Assembly (NCBI GenBank): GCA_017622555.1
Contig: JAGAQV010000017.1
Location: 3,169-67,168 of the forward strand
Length of the DNA stretch: 64,000 bases
Direction: 5' to 3'
Source of the DNA: Clostridia bacterium
Lineage (GTDB): Bacteria; Bacillota; Clostridia; Oscillospirales; Acutalibacteraceae
The translations under genes and the position numbers were made by a program. Shown in pieces: positions 1-8,640 of the stretch. The notes below the pieces were generated by a model. It made no database searches, had not been told where the DNA came from, and saw only the letters and a list, made by a program, of their open reading frames with translations. The stretch's first letter is position 1. Each line of letters opens with the position of its first letter.

Positions 1-65
1 TTAAGTCGGAAATTGATTCGAAACGCTTTGTAAGGGTTTATTCCATTAAAAAGCGTAATGCTTTT

Positions 66-1685
66 TTGGCAAGTGGCGCTTCAATATTCTTCACGTTTTT
101 GCTTTTAATAATGAAAATGCCCTTTATGACAGGTGCTGTGCTTTCTCAAACTAAACCCACGATGATTATTTGTGCAGCATTTTTAGGACTTATTGCTGTT
201 GCTAACGGCGATATGTTTTTATCGCTCTCAAGCCTGCTTAAAAAGCGGTCAAATGCGGATGCTTTGGCTTCACTTTCCTCTTTATTTGTACTTGCTTACA
301 GTATTTTTGGAATTATTAAGGGTGAAATTGTTACCGACCTTTGTCTGCTATGCGGTATTTCACTTAGCCTTCGTGCAATTGGTCAGTTCCAAAAATATTC
401 GTATCTGCTTTCAAACCTTAAGCAAATTTGCAAAAAATCACCTAAAAAAGCTATACGCCTTTTAAGTGACCCTGCCATTACCTATTCAATGGCAAAAAAT
501 ACAATTGAAGGTGACACTCTTATTGCTGCGCCGCAAGAAAGTGACCAAATTAACGATTATATAAAATATTCAACCTATGGCACGTTTTTAAATGGCAAGC
601 TTCCGATTATAACGGTTATATCGCTGTTGGTGTCAGCTCTTACGTTTTTTGCAACCTCTAAATATTTTGGCGGTGTATTTTACGGTATGTATGCCGCAGC
701 CGCCGTGCAATGCTTTGCTACGCTTCCCACAGTTTTCTTAATTGATAATCTTCCCCTGTTCCAAGCATCTAAAAAGCTTAACCGCCAAGGTGCTATGATT
801 TCGGGCAAAGCAGGTGCTGAACATATTGAACTTGCAAATGCTATTGTTTTAAATTCTGATGATTTGTTCCCCGCAGGAACGGTTACACTTCATAATATGA
901 AGGTTTTGTCGGAAAATAATATGAGTGATACAATTCTTCGTGCTGCTTCTTTAACACGTGAGCTTTCAAGTCCTTTATTTAATGTGTTCAAGGAAATTGC
1001 GGGTGAAGATAATATGCAAAATCTTCCTGTTTCTGACACAGTTAAATACGAAGAAAGAATGGGAATTTCGGGTTGGGTTGACAATCAGCTTTTGTTTATC
1101 GGCAACCGTACCATTATGGAAGCCCACGGTATAGCTGTGCCAGATATTGAAACTGACCGCAAAATTTTAAGAAGCGGTTACTTCCCTGTTTACGTTGCTT
1201 CTAACGATACTGCCGTTGCGCTGTTAATGGTGCAATATTCGGTTAACCCCACAGTAGCTAAAGAGCTTCACCACTTAACCAAAATAGGTGTTACGCTTTT
1301 AATTAATAACACCGACCCGAATTTAACTAACGAAATGATTTGTGATTATTTGGGACTTTATGAAGATTCGGTAATGGTAATGAGCGCCGCTGGCTGTAAT
1401 ATGTATAAAAACACTTCCGCTCCGATTGAAAGCTGTTCAGCCCCCGCAGCATTTCGTGGTAAGCCCATATCACTTGCTAAAATTCTTAACTGTGCAAACC
1501 GAATTCGCCGCAGTAACACAACCATAACCGTTATGTATATTCTATCCGCTGTGCTTGGTGTTTTAATGTTTGCATATACATCATTCACATCAGCCGATAC
1601 TTTAATGAACGGTGGGGCAGTTTTACTTTACGCCCTTATTTCAACTGTATTAACAATAGGTATTTACCTTACACAAAAACCATAA
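66..1685 (+). CDS. Polytopic membrane protein; degenerate P-type (P1B-like) ATPase homologue without recognisable catalytic motifs
   Basis: The 539-codon ORF starts at TTG 66, with the first ATG at 111. An in-frame stop at 33-35 shows it is complete in the window. N-terminal hydrophobic helices are followed by segments that read like CopA/ZntA P/N domains (ASKKLNRQGAMISGKAGAEHIELANAIVL, GISGWVDNQLLFIGNRTIMEAHGIAVP, VALLMVQYSVNPTVAKELHHLTKIGVTLLINNTDPN). NSDDLFPAGT sits where DKTGTLT is expected, and no TGES, CPC or GDGxND is visible. Confidence 0.5.
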   Translation: MASGASIFFTFLLLIMKMPFMTGAVLSQTKPTMIICAAFLGLIAVANGDMFLSLSSLLKKRSNADALASLSSLFVLAYSIFGIIKGEIVTDLCLLCGISLSLRAIGQFQKYSYLLSNLKQICKKSPKKAIRLLSDPAITYSMAKNTIEGDTLIAAPQESDQINDYIKYSTYGTFLNGKLPIITVISLLVSALTFFATSKYFGGVFYGMYAAAAVQCFATLPTVFLIDNLPLFQASKKLNRQGAMISGKAGAEHIELANAIVLNSDDLFPAGTVTLHNMKVLSENNMSDTILRAASLTRELSSPLFNVFKEIAGEDNMQNLPVSDTVKYEERMGISGWVDNQLLFIGNRTIMEAHGIAVPDIETDRKILRSGYFPVYVASNDTAVALLMVQYSVNPTVAKELHHLTKIGVTLLINNTDPNLTNEMICDYLGLYEDSVMVMSAAGCNMYKNTSAPIESCSAPAAFRGKPISLAKILNCANRIRRSNTTITVMYILSAVLGVLMFAYTSFTSADTLMNGGAVLLYALISTVLTIGIYLTQKP

Positions 1686-1700
1686 ACGAGGTGCTGTTTT

Positions 1701-3623
1701 ATGTCCGATAATAAAAAGTTTTACATTACAACTGCAATTGCTTATACATCTCGTAAGCCACACATTGGCAACGCTTACGACATTGTTTTGGCCGATATGA
1801 TTGCCCGTTATAAGAAAATGCAGGGCTATGATGTATTTTTGATGACCGGTTCTGACGAGCACGGCCAAAAAATTGAAGAATATGCTAACGCCGCTGGTAT
1901 TTCACCTAAAGAATATGTTGACGGCGTTTCAAATCAAATTAAAGAGGTTTGGCAAAGCCTTAACACCAATTATGATAAATTTATCCGCACAACAGACGCT
2001 GATCACGAAGCCGCTGTGCAAAAGATTTTTACAAAGCTTTATGAGCAAGGCGATATTTACAAGGGTCATTACGAGGGTAAATACTGTGTGCCCTGTGAAT
2101 CCTTCTTTACACCTTCCCAGCTTGTTGACGGCAAGTGCCCCGACTGTGGCCGTGAGGTAATTGATTCTAAAGAAGAAGCATATTTCTTACGTCTTTCAAA
2201 ATATCAAGACAAGCTTTTAGAATATTACGAACAAAACCCTGATTTCATTATGCCTGAAAGCCGCAAAAATGAAATGATTAACAACTTTTTAAAGCCAGGT
2301 CTTTCGGATTTGTGCGTTTCCCGTTCGACGTTTAAATGGGGTATTCCCGTCGAATTCGACCCTAAGCACGTAACATACGTTTGGATAGATGCTCTTTCAA
2401 ACTATATTACAGGTATTGGCTATAATCCCGAGGGTAGTACCGAACAGTTTAAGGCTTTATGGCCTGCTGATTTGCACGTAATCGGTAAGGATATTGTTCG
2501 CTTCCACACAATTTATTGGCCGATTATTTTAATGGCGCTTGGTCTTCCCCTACCGAAACAGGTACTCGGTCACCCGTGGGTACTTGTTGGTGAGGATAAA
2601 ATGAGCAAGTCAAAGGGTAACGTTATTTACGCTGACGAATTGGCAAAGCGTTTTTCAACCGATGCTGTGCGTTACTATCTTCTTTCCGAAATTCCCTTTG
2701 CGCAGGACGGCACAATTACCTACGAAAGCTTTATTAACAAGTTTAACGCTGACTTGGCAAATACCCTTGGCAACCTTGTTAACCGTTCGGTTGCAATGAC
2801 TAATAAGTATTTTGACGGCAAGGTAAGCTTTAAGGAATGTGATAACGAATTTGATAATGACCTTATTGCTACAGCAAAGGAAGCTATCGAAAAATACCAC
2901 AGCCTTATGGATATTTACCGCAATGCCGATGCAGTAAACGCTGTTATGAACCTTGCAAAGCGTTGCAATAAGTATATTGATGAAACTACCCCTTGGTCAC
3001 TCGCTAAGGACGAAGCGCAAAAAGACCGCCTGGAAGCCGTTTTATATAATTTGCTTGAATGTATTCGCCTTTTAGGTATTATGCTTACCCCCGTTATGCC
3101 CGAAAGCTGTGATAGCATTAAGGCACAGCTTAACGAAAATAACACCACACTTGCTTTTGGCGAGGTTAAGGAATATTCAGTCGGTGCCGCTACTCCCCTT
3201 TTCGCAAGAATTGATGCTGAAAAGGTTTTGGCCGAAATCGCCGCCGAGCAAGAAGCCGCAAAGAAAGCCGCTGAAGAGGCCGCAAACGTTGCAACAATTG
3301 CCGAAATTGGCATTGAGGACTTTGCAAAGGTAGAGCTTTGCGCCGCTAAAATTGTTGCTTGCGAAGCCGTTCCCAAGGCTAAAAAGCTTTTAAAGCTCAC
3401 CCTGAATGATGGCAAGCGTGACCGCACCGTTGCTTCAGGTATTGCAAAATTCTATAAGCCTGAAGAGCTTGTGGGCAAAACCGTTATTTTGGTTTCAAAC
3501 CTTAAAAAAGCCAAGCTTTGCGGTATTGAATCGGAAGGTATGATTTTGGCCGCCGACTGCAGTGAGGATAATATTAAAGTTATTTTCCTTGAAGATATTC
3601 CCGCAGGCAGTAAAATTAGGTGA
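1701..3623 (+). CDS. metG: Methionine--tRNA ligase with C-terminal tRNA-binding (EMAP/Trbp111-like) domain
   Basis: Class I HIGH-type motif (KPHIGNAY), KMSKS motif (KMSKSKGN) and a CxxC...CxxC knuckle (CVPC..CPDC). The C-terminal tRNA-binding tail reads GKTVILVSNLKKAKLCGIESEGMIL. GAGGTG RBS 7 nt upstream. Confidence 0.95.
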   Translation: MSDNKKFYITTAIAYTSRKPHIGNAYDIVLADMIARYKKMQGYDVFLMTGSDEHGQKIEEYANAAGISPKEYVDGVSNQIKEVWQSLNTNYDKFIRTTDADHEAAVQKIFTKLYEQGDIYKGHYEGKYCVPCESFFTPSQLVDGKCPDCGREVIDSKEEAYFLRLSKYQDKLLEYYEQNPDFIMPESRKNEMINNFLKPGLSDLCVSRSTFKWGIPVEFDPKHVTYVWIDALSNYITGIGYNPEGSTEQFKALWPADLHVIGKDIVRFHTIYWPIILMALGLPLPKQVLGHPWVLVGEDKMSKSKGNVIYADELAKRFSTDAVRYYLLSEIPFAQDGTITYESFINKFNADLANTLGNLVNRSVAMTNKYFDGKVSFKECDNEFDNDLIATAKEAIEKYHSLMDIYRNADAVNAVMNLAKRCNKYIDETTPWSLAKDEAQKDRLEAVLYNLLECIRLLGIMLTPVMPESCDSIKAQLNENNTTLAFGEVKEYSVGAATPLFARIDAEKVLAEIAAEQEAAKKAAEEAANVATIAEIGIEDFAKVELCAAKIVACEAVPKAKKLLKLTLNDGKRDRTVASGIAKFYKPEELVGKTVILVSNLKKAKLCGIESEGMILAADCSEDNIKVIFLEDIPAGSKIR

Positions 3624-4387
3624 GTAGCTTGGAAGCTTTAATTTTTGACACACACGCCCATTATGAAGACCCCGTTTTTGAGGATAATTTTGATGAGCTT
3701 ATAAACGAAATGAAGAATTCCGGTGTGGGCGGTATTATAACCTGTGGTTGTGATAAACAAAGTAGCTTAAAGGCATTATCCCTTGCTGAAAGGTATGAAA
3801 TTGTTTACGCTGCTGTTGGTATTCACCCCGGTAATATTGACAACGGCACGACAATCGCCGAAATTCGCGAATTACTTTCACACCCAAAATGTGTTGCCGT
3901 TGGCGAAATTGGGCTTGATTATTACTGGCGGCAAGACAACAAGTCAGAACAAAAAGAAATTTTCAAAGCACAGCTTCAGCTTGCCAATGAATTGGGTTTG
4001 CCTGTTTTAGTGCACGACCGTGATGCCCACGCTGACACACTTGAAATTTTAAAGGAATATAAACCAAAGGGTGTTGTACACGCCTTTTCAGGCAGTGTGG
4101 AAATGGCACGTGAAATTGCAAAATTAGGGCTTTATTTAGGCGTTGGCGGTGTTTTAACCTTTAAAAACGCAAGGGCGTTACCCGCCGTTGTAAGCGATAC
4201 CCCAATTGAAAAGCTTTTGCTTGAAACTGATGCCCCATATTTAGCCCCCGTACCCCATAGGGGTGAAACCAATAATTCGGCAATGATACATTATGTTGCT
4301 GAAAAAATGGCTGAAATTAAAGAAATTTCAAAAAATGAAGTTTTGATTCAGACCTTTAAAAACGCAAAAAAATTGTTTAATATTTAG
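3620..4387 (+). CDS. tatD: TatD-family metal-dependent hydrolase (DNase)
   Basis: IFDTHAHY N-terminus, GEIGLDYYW, LVHDRDAH and LLETDAPYL motifs. The start overlaps the metG stop (GTG 3620; TTG 3629 also possible). metS-yabD type synteny. Confidence 0.9.
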   Translation: MSSLEALIFDTHAHYEDPVFEDNFDELINEMKNSGVGGIITCGCDKQSSLKALSLAERYEIVYAAVGIHPGNIDNGTTIAEIRELLSHPKCVAVGEIGLDYYWRQDNKSEQKEIFKAQLQLANELGLPVLVHDRDAHADTLEILKEYKPKGVVHAFSGSVEMAREIAKLGLYLGVGGVLTFKNARALPAVVSDTPIEKLLLETDAPYLAPVPHRGETNNSAMIHYVAEKMAEIKEISKNEVLIQTFKNAKKLFNI

Positions 4388-4393
4388 AATAAG

Positions 4394-4433
4394 CACCCCA
4401 TTTTCAACAGATAATAACTGTGAAAGTGGGGTG
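4394..4433 (+). other. Stem-loop between tatD and the 15-nt repeat
   Basis: caccccattt (4394-4403) pairs with aaagtggggtg (4423-4433) with one bulged G. No clean T-run follows. The 3' arm contains the only SD-like sequence (GGGGTG) for the small ORF at 4440. Confidence 0.4.
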
Positions 4434-4439
4434 TTAAAA

Positions 4440-4574
4440 TTGGATAACAAAAACAGATTTGACCAAAACAAAAATGACCAAAACCGTAACGAGCAAAATC
4501 GTAACGACCAAAATAAAAACAACCAAAACAAAAAAGATCAAAACAAGAACGATCAGAATAAAAACAATCGATAA
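4440..4574 (+). CDS. Candidate 44-aa D/Q/N/K-rich pentapeptide-repeat protein (unannotated, below the ORF-track cutoff)
   Basis: TTG start, translation (M)DNKNRFDQNKNDQNRNEQNRNDQNKNNQNKKDQNKNDQNKNNR*. The TAA stop at 4572-4574 lies immediately before the bidirectional terminator. The two alternative listed frames (4459..4644 +, 4328..4531 -) run through the terminator or are antisense. SD-like GGGGTG lies 6 nt upstream. Confidence 0.3.
   Translation: MDNKNRFDQNKNDQNRNEQNRNDQNKNNQNKKDQNKNDQNKNNR
4461..4565 (+). repeat. Seven tandem copies of a 15-nt unit (consensus GACCAAAACAAAAAC)
   Basis: The units were read directly and are in register: gaccaaaacaaaaat / gaccaaaaccgtaac / gagcaaaatcgtaac / gaccaaaataaaaac / aaccaaaacaaaaaa / gatcaaaacaagaac / gatcagaataaaaac. 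Confidence 0.9.
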
Positions 4575-4602
4575 AAAAAGCCGCCCTTACGGGCGGTTTT
4601 TT
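4575..4602. terminator. Bidirectional intrinsic terminator shared by convergent genes
   Basis: A-run, stem gccgccc/gggcggt with loop ttac, then T-run. It sits between the small + ORF and the stop of the - strand gene at 4601. Confidence 0.8.
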
Positions 4603-5947
4603 ATGCTAATGAATATGGAAAATATAATGTTTTATCGGTTTTAAAGCCGTAAGTCATTGCGGTGTATTCGCCTTTTTTATCCTTTTCGCAAAGGGTTAAA
4701 AAGCTGTCGGTTGGCACAACCGAAATATCACCCTCTTGGTTCGAAGCAGCAACTTCGCAAAAGCCAAACTGCTTATAATAATCAATTAGTCTGCTTTCTG
4801 CCGGACGTAAAATTAAAATATCATTTGTTTCATCTTTGATTTTTTCCATTAAAGCCTTGCCATAGCCTTTGCCACGATGCTTTTCCTTAACGGTAAAGCC
4901 GTAAATATACTTAGCCCTTTTACCCTCAATTTCGCAGGGAAGCAAAAAGCACATTGCAACCGTTTCGCCGTTAATTCTTAAGGTTTTAATGTCATTAAAG
5001 CACAAATCGAAGAGCTTATTTGTAAATGGGCCATCATGAAAAGCATTATCGTAAAGGCGAATACAAGCGTCCCTTAAAGGTCGACAGCGGTATTTTTCAA
5101 GCAAAATTTCAGGCCTATATGAAAGCTTAGCCTTGCGAAGTCCGGGAAGCCCCATATCATCCTCTCGGTTAATATATTTGTAACCCTCAAGCGTTTTTGC
5201 AAATTCGTTATTTATAACCGTGTAAGCGGCGGCATAATCCTTAAGTGCTTTTTCAATATGAATATCAAAAACATAATCGTTTATTGGTGAGCCAAGTGTA
5301 AAGGCGACAACCTCATTTTCAACATAAATTGCACCGCCCTTAACATTTAAAAGTTCCATATTTTCTAAAATGGTTTTAATGCCTTCACTCTCGATAGCCA
5401 TATATTCATCCATACGGTCATCGTTTTCACGGTACCATTTTTCAGCGCAGACAAGTACGTCGTTTATATTTTCGTTAGTTATGGGCTTAAAGCACCAATT
5501 AAACTGCTTTGAAAAAGCAGAAATATGGTTACGCTTACTGTGATATTTTTTGCCTACCAAATTTGCAAGATCTTCCCTATTATAAATATAGTCAAATGCA
5601 TCCCGCGCGGGTGAAATATCATATTCGTCACCCAAAAGCGCTTTAAATTCTTCAATTTTGCTGTCATTTTGCACCCAAAAGCGTGGTTTTTGCGGTGCAG
5701 TATATTCAAATATACATTCAAGACCTTTTTTTAGGTCATTGCAAATTGGCAACCCAAAGCTTTGACTTTTTTCCTTGCCCGATTTTAAAAACAGCATACC
5801 TTCCTTTTCGGCATACATATTATTATATGCCCTTTGCCAAACAATAAGATTTACTGCATTTTTTTCACAGGCAAGAATTTCATTATTATAGGTTAGCTTT
5901 TGAATTTTTAAAGCGTCATTAAGTTCTATTTTTTTAAATTCTAACAT
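4601..5947 (-). CDS. DUF2156 (lysyl-PG-synthase C-terminal-like) domain fused to a C-terminal GNAT acetyltransferase domain
   Basis: 448 aa. The N-terminal ~300 aa resemble the DUF2156 family (NAVNLIVWQRAYN, KRNHISAF). The C-terminal ~130 aa carry a GNAT signature (HRGKGYGKALMEKI). Confidence 0.55.
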   Translation of the reverse strand: MLEFKKIELNDALKIQKLTYNNEILACEKNAVNLIVWQRAYNNMYAEKEGMLFLKSGKEKSQSFGLPICNDLKKGLECIFEYTAPQKPRFWVQNDSKIEEFKALLGDEYDISPARDAFDYIYNREDLANLVGKKYHSKRNHISAFSKQFNWCFKPITNENINDVLVCAEKWYRENDDRMDEYMAIESEGIKTILENMELLNVKGGAIYVENEVVAFTLGSPINDYVFDIHIEKALKDYAAAYTVINNEFAKTLEGYKYINREDDMGLPGLRKAKLSYRPEILLEKYRCRPLRDACIRLYDNAFHDGPFTNKLFDLCFNDIKTLRINGETVAMCFLLPCEIEGKRAKYIYGFTVKEKHRGKGYGKALMEKIKDETNDILILRPAESRLIDYYKQFGFCEVAASNQEGDISVVPTDSFLTLCEKDKKGEYTAMTYGFKTDKTLYFPYSLA

Positions 5948-5998
5948 ACTTTCAAAAAATTGAGGATTAAAAGGCGTGCCGTTACGACACGCCTTATT

Positions 5999-8392
5999 TT
6001 AACCCGTAGTTGTGTTTGTATCTTGCTGATTTGTTGTTGATTCGTTTGTACTACCACTTTCGTTCCCACTTGTAGCATTTCCGCTTGAAGTGTTACTTGT
6101 AGTATCGCTTGTAGTACCGCTTGCGGCATCACTTGAGGTGGTATCATTATTATCGGGCATTACGTCGGTTGTGGGTGCACCTAAAAGCTCACCCTCGTGG
6201 GTAGTACACTTTTCGGGTAATGCCGTCTTCTTATACCAACCAATATCAATTTTTTCACAAGCATCAGTAGCCAAAAGACCTGTTTCAGCACAGTAATACT
6301 GCTTTACAACATACTTTGAGGTCGGATAATCCTTAGCGGGTAAATTCTGATGAATTTCGCCCATAACCTGACGCCAAAGCTTAGCTGCAAGAGTTTTGTT
6401 TGAAGCGGGCATTTTTTGCTGTGTTTTATAGCCTATCCAAGATGAAGCAACATAGTAAGGTGTACCGCCAACAAACCATTTATCGTTAGCATCGTTAGAG
6501 GTACCTGTCTTACCGAAGGCACGGAAATTCGTGAATGAACCCGCCTGTGCTTTACCTGTACCGTTTTTACCGTAAATAACGTTTTGAAGCATTTTGTTCA
6601 TAATCATTGCGGTATCTTCACTTACAGCAACAGTAGGCTTGGTGTTTTGTTCTAAAATTAGCTCGTCACGCTGGTCGGTAACCTTTGTGTAAAGTGTGGG
6701 CTCGTAATACAAACCGCCGTTGCCAAAAATAGCGTAAGCCGCTGCGGATTCAATAGTCGTAACACCGCCGTCTGTACCGCCAAGGCCTAAAGAAGAAAGG
6801 TTTTTATCCTCTTCGGTTAAGTTTTTAAGACCCAACTTTTGTGTTAAAAAATTATATGACGTACCAACACCAAGTGAACTGTTAACAAGCGCAACAGGGA
6901 TTGTGTTTGTTGAACGCTCAAGTGCCTCACGTGCGGTAATGTTACCACGATAGGCACCGTCATGGTTGCCGGGTGACCATTTACCATAGGACGCCTTAAC
7001 ATCATTTAAAAGGGTTGAATAGTTAATTAAATTATTTTCAATTGCGGGGGCATAAACAGCCATAGGCTTCATTGTAGAACCCGGCTGACGAACCGCATCA
7101 ATTGCATTGTTAAAGCCACGGTTGTCGGTTTTTTCGCCTATATTACCAACAAGCGCTTTAACCTGACCTTTATAATTCAAAATGGTCATTGCACCTAAAA
7201 GCGGGTCACCCTTGCTGCTGGGTTTAGCAACCGAAGCTGCTTCGAGGTAATACTTTTCGGCAATTGCCTGCATTTTTGTATCAACAGTTGCATAAATCTT
7301 ATAACCACCGTTATAGAAAAGGCGTTCCGCACGGGCAATATCATAACCGTATTTTTCAGCCAAATCACGAGAAACATCGGTAATAAGCGCATCAATAAAG
7401 TAGGAATTTATATCGTTATTCGCAGTTGCATCCTTATTGGCAACAATTTTAACGTCTTCGTTTATTGCTTCGTTATATTCGGCCTCGGTAATAAGCTTTT
7501 GATCCTTCATAAGACCAAGAACTATTTTACGGCGCTTTTTGTTTGCTTCGGGGTTAGTGTCGGGTGCGTAGTTAGTCGGGCTTTTGGGAATTGAAGCAAG
7601 TGTTGCACATTCGGCAATTGTAAGCTCACTAACGTCCTTATCAAAATAATAATTGGCTGCAACCTGAACACCATAGGTACCGTGACCCATTGCAATTGTA
7701 TTAAGATAGCATTCCAAAATTACGTCTTTGGTGTATTTGCTTTCCAAATACCTTGCACGCATAATTTCGCGAACCTTACGCATTTTGGTTTTATCATCAT
7801 CACCTGTAAGGTTTTTAACAAGCTGCTGTGTAATTGTAGAACCACCCTGACGGGAAGAATAAATGGGGATAAATTCGTTAATAACCGCACCTGTAGTACG
7901 CTTCCAGTCAACACCAAAATGGGTTTCAAAGCGTTGGTCCTCAACAGCGATAAATGCGTTTGCCAAGCGTTGCGGAATACCCTTATAGTTTTCATCGTTA
8001 TTGTCAATTGCTTGGCGGTCATAGTCAACCCACAAGCGATTATACATACCGTGAAGACGCGTATATTCTTCATATTTGCCTTTACCATTATCAACATAAA
8101 CTGTAGTTGTAAGGTTTAAGGTAAGGTCGTTAAGGTCTTCCTCCATAGTACCGTCAACCATTGTGAAAACATACAAAAGCATACCGCCAAGCGTTGCGCA
8201 AGCGCCAATAATGCAAACCAAAAAGCAAACCAAAACAGTTTTAATAATTTTTTGCTTTTTGCTTAATTCCTTTTTTGGCTTTTCAGCTTCTTCAATACTT
8301 TTAGAAGAAAAAGCGTTAAGGTCAAAGTTGGCTTCGCCCTCGTCCACTACGTCATTTGAATTGGCGTAACTAAACAAATCCTTATCTTCCAT
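5999..8392 (-). CDS. Class A penicillin-binding protein (glycosyltransferase + transpeptidase), PBP1A-like
   Basis: GT51 motifs EDQRFETHFGVD and RQGGSTITQQLVKN. Transpeptidase motifs STMK, SxN and KTGTS. One N-terminal TM helix and an S/T/N-rich C-terminal tail. ATG 8392 is preferred over TTG 8404 because GGAG lies 6 nt upstream. Confidence 0.92.
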   Translation of the reverse strand: MEDKDLFSYANSNDVVDEGEANFDLNAFSSKSIEEAEKPKKELSKKQKIIKTVLVCFLVCIIGACATLGGMLLYVFTMVDGTMEEDLNDLTLNLTTTVYVDNGKGKYEEYTRLHGMYNRLWVDYDRQAIDNNDENYKGIPQRLANAFIAVEDQRFETHFGVDWKRTTGAVINEFIPIYSSRQGGSTITQQLVKNLTGDDDKTKMRKVREIMRARYLESKYTKDVILECYLNTIAMGHGTYGVQVAANYYFDKDVSELTIAECATLASIPKSPTNYAPDTNPEANKKRRKIVLGLMKDQKLITEAEYNEAINEDVKIVANKDATANNDINSYFIDALITDVSRDLAEKYGYDIARAERLFYNGGYKIYATVDTKMQAIAEKYYLEAASVAKPSSKGDPLLGAMTILNYKGQVKALVGNIGEKTDNRGFNNAIDAVRQPGSTMKPMAVYAPAIENNLINYSTLLNDVKASYGKWSPGNHDGAYRGNITAREALERSTNTIPVALVNSSLGVGTSYNFLTQKLGLKNLTEEDKNLSSLGLGGTDGGVTTIESAAAYAIFGNGGLYYEPTLYTKVTDQRDELILEQNTKPTVAVSEDTAMIMNKMLQNVIYGKNGTGKAQAGSFTNFRAFGKTGTSNDANDKWFVGGTPYYVASSWIGYKTQQKMPASNKTLAAKLWRQVMGEIHQNLPAKDYPTSKYVVKQYYCAETGLLATDACEKIDIGWYKKTALPEKCTTHEGELLGAPTTDVMPDNNDTTSSDAASGTTSDTTSNTSSGNATSGNESGSTNESTTNQQDTNTTTG

Positions 8393-8540
8393 AACTATCT
8401 CCAATCCTTAAAGACTAAAATACATTATAATTATCTATATTATACCACACGCTTGCGGCAAAATCAACTTTTACGGTTTTTTTTAACAATTCTGTCATAT
8501 TTACTTAATAAATTTTGGCTTGCTATTTTGTAAACAATTA

Positions 8541-8569
8541 TTGAAATTCGCATTTGTATATGCTATTAT
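8541..8569 (+). promoter_or_regulatory. Sigma-A-type promoter for oadB-like gene
   Basis: TTGAAA (8541-8546), 17-nt spacer, TGcTATTAT (-10 at 8564-8569). Confidence 0.45.
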
Positions 8570-8640
8570 AATAATGATAAAAGGCGAAATTCGGCAATTT
8601 GCGATTTTTGCCACTAATAACGAGAGAAAGGTTTGAGAAA

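Noticed and set aside
2915-3427. A 170-aa antisense ORF inside metG, with similar long antisense ORFs at 52952..53524 (antisense to rbr), 7682..8119 / 7720..8097 (in the PBP gene) and 26717..27169 (in the GH63-like gene).
   Set aside because: They lie opposite strongly recognisable genes, have low-complexity or Ser/Ala-rich composition and show no RBS. These are typical shadow ORFs.
4459-4644. An alternative 61-aa K/T-rich frame over the 15-nt repeat, and the antisense 67-aa ORF at 4328..4531.
   Set aside because: The plus-frame version runs through the terminator stem and into the convergent gene. The antisense version overlaps the end of tatD and has no RBS. The D/Q/N/K frame that stops just before the terminator is the only one with sensible boundaries, and even that is only a candidate.
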